IMG/VR virus record: IMGVR_UViG_3300023213_000338
Length of the DNA: 64,000 nt
Strand: one strand, 5' to 3'
Origin: a virus
Lineage: Duplodnaviria; Heunggongvirae; Uroviricota; Caudoviricetes
Made by a program: the position numbers and the translations under genes. The notes beneath the pieces are model-generated. The model was given only the letters and a program-made list of their open reading frames with translations, did not search any database and was not told the DNA's origin. Below, piece after piece: positions 63,501 to 64,000 of this stretch. The stretch's first letter is position 1. Each line of letters begins with the position of its first letter.

Positions 63501-64000
63501 ATGCAAATTAAAAAACATTATATGAGAGATTATTCATTAGAAACCGAACAATTAATGGATAGAATGTGTCGTTATATAGAAAGGGAAAATTTTGTTTTAA
63601 ATAAAAAAAAGGCAGAAGAATGTCTTTTGAAAACATACGATCTTTTTAAGCTAAAACGGCCTCAAAAAATTGTCTGGTGTATAGATATTTTCGATAAAAA
63701 ATTTCAAAGGAGTACAAGGAGCGCATGGAGCGCAAGGAACGCAGGGAGCGCATGGAACGCATGGAGCGCAGGGAGCGCATGGAGCGCATGGAGCGCAGGG
63801 AGCGCATGGAGTGCAGGGGGCGCAGGGAGCGCAAGGAACGCAGGGAGCGCATGGAGCGCATGGAGCGCAGGGAGCGCATGGAGTGCAGGGGGCGCAGGGA
63901 GCGCAAGGAACGCAGGGAGCGCATGGAGCGCATGGAGCGCAGGGAGCGCATGGAGTGCAGGGGATACATGTGTAGATTGGACTGCACTAGACGAAGATTT
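63501..64000 (+). CDS. partial ORF (runs off the window) encoding an N-terminal domain followed by (SAW/SAG)n repeats
   Basis: ATG at 63501 with no stop to the window end. From aa ~70 it reads [27 protein letters not shown]..., encoded by the 9-bp tandem repeat. Confidence 0.35.
   Translation, partial: MQIKKHYMRDYSLETEQLMDRMCRYIERENFVLNKKKAEECLLKTYDLFKLKRPQKIVWCIDIFDKKFQRSTRSAWSARNAGSAWNAWSAGSAWSAWSAGSAWSAGGAGSARNAGSAWSAWSAGSAWSAGGAGSARNAGSAWSAWSAGSAWSAGDTCVDWTALDED
63724..63965. repeat. 9-bp tandem repeat GGAGCGCAK, ~27 units, with a ~90-bp higher-order duplication
   Basis: Direct reading shows ggagcgcat, ggagcgcag and ggaacgcag units repeated head to tail. GC is much higher than the surroundings. 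Confidence 0.8.

Noticed and set aside
63724-63965. CRISPR array.
   Set aside because: The units are contiguous 9-bp repeats with no spacers and are far shorter than CRISPR repeats.
63646-63987. Minus-strand ORF encoding [16 protein letters not shown] repeats.
   Set aside because: It is the antisense reading of the 9-bp tandem repeat. Any frame is open through a 9-bp periodic repeat, and the + strand ORF with an upstream non-repetitive domain is the more plausible coding interpretation.
1-64000. Temperate prophage with integrase and attachment site, given the tRNA genes at 42.0-42.3 kb.
   Set aside because: No tyrosine or serine recombinase motif was found in any ORF of the window. The tRNAs sit inside a phage gene block rather than at an end.

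Overview
This 64-kb window is low-GC (roughly 35-37%) and reads as part of a tailed-phage genome. No integrase is visible, so it looks virulent or is a large prophage interior. The code appears standard, with TAA/TAG/TGA all used as stops.

The left ~27.5 kb is transcribed on the + strand. It carries a three-gene glycosyltransferase-like cluster and a virion/tail module: a Gly-rich fibre, a LamG-type lectin-fold protein, a 697-aa protein built of tandem repeats, an FN3-containing 650-aa protein, Q/N-rich proteins including a 1909-aa giant protein, and a virion lysozyme-like protein. Two zinc-finger/NUMOD/DUF559-type homing-endonuclease-like genes are inserted in this module. A striking tandem array of 8 micro-ORFs (38-59 aa) encodes lysine-rich peptides, and a lysis cassette follows (XhlA-like, M23 peptidase, holin). 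The + strand operons are preceded by a recurring cassette of TTGACA-N17-TTTAAT promoter, a conserved leader box, and a hairpin with a U tract.

The region from 27.6 to 61 kb is almost entirely on the minus strand, driven by a family of TTGACA-N17-tgTATAATa promoters. It encodes a RelE/ParE-like toxin-antitoxin pair, an Hjc-like resolvase, a PD-(D/E)xK nuclease, an SPFH protein, a ClpP-like protease, a ParB-like protein, many zinc-ribbon microproteins, a pentapeptide-repeat protein, and two tRNAs (Gln-UUG and Gly-UCC) in an 850-bp noncoding island.

Most notably, it carries an 8-gene operon at 49.1-55.8 kb, driven by its own promoter. Its components are a minimal E1-like ThiF/MoeB enzyme, a ThiS/MoaD-like ubiquitin-like protein ending in GG plus a two-residue tail, a candidate E2-like protein, a JAB/MPN metallopeptidase with a perfect JAMM motif, a classical AAA ATPase, a MoxR-type AAA+ ATPase, and a vWA protein with an HExxH motif. 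This looks like a phage-borne ubiquitin-like conjugation and deconjugation system coupled to unfoldase/remodelling ATPases.

Other notable features:
- Two G-depleted, C-rich noncoding islands (29.3-29.6 kb and 38.3-38.5 kb) with an 'actgcc' iteron-like motif, the second next to parB.
- A candidate replication origin (AT-rich DUE plus GTTGCTAC iterons) near 59.6-60.2 kb.
- A GC-richer ~400-nt structured leader or ncRNA at 57.0-57.4 kb.
- A 9-bp tandem repeat of about 27 units at 63.7-64.0 kb inside an ORF that runs off the window.
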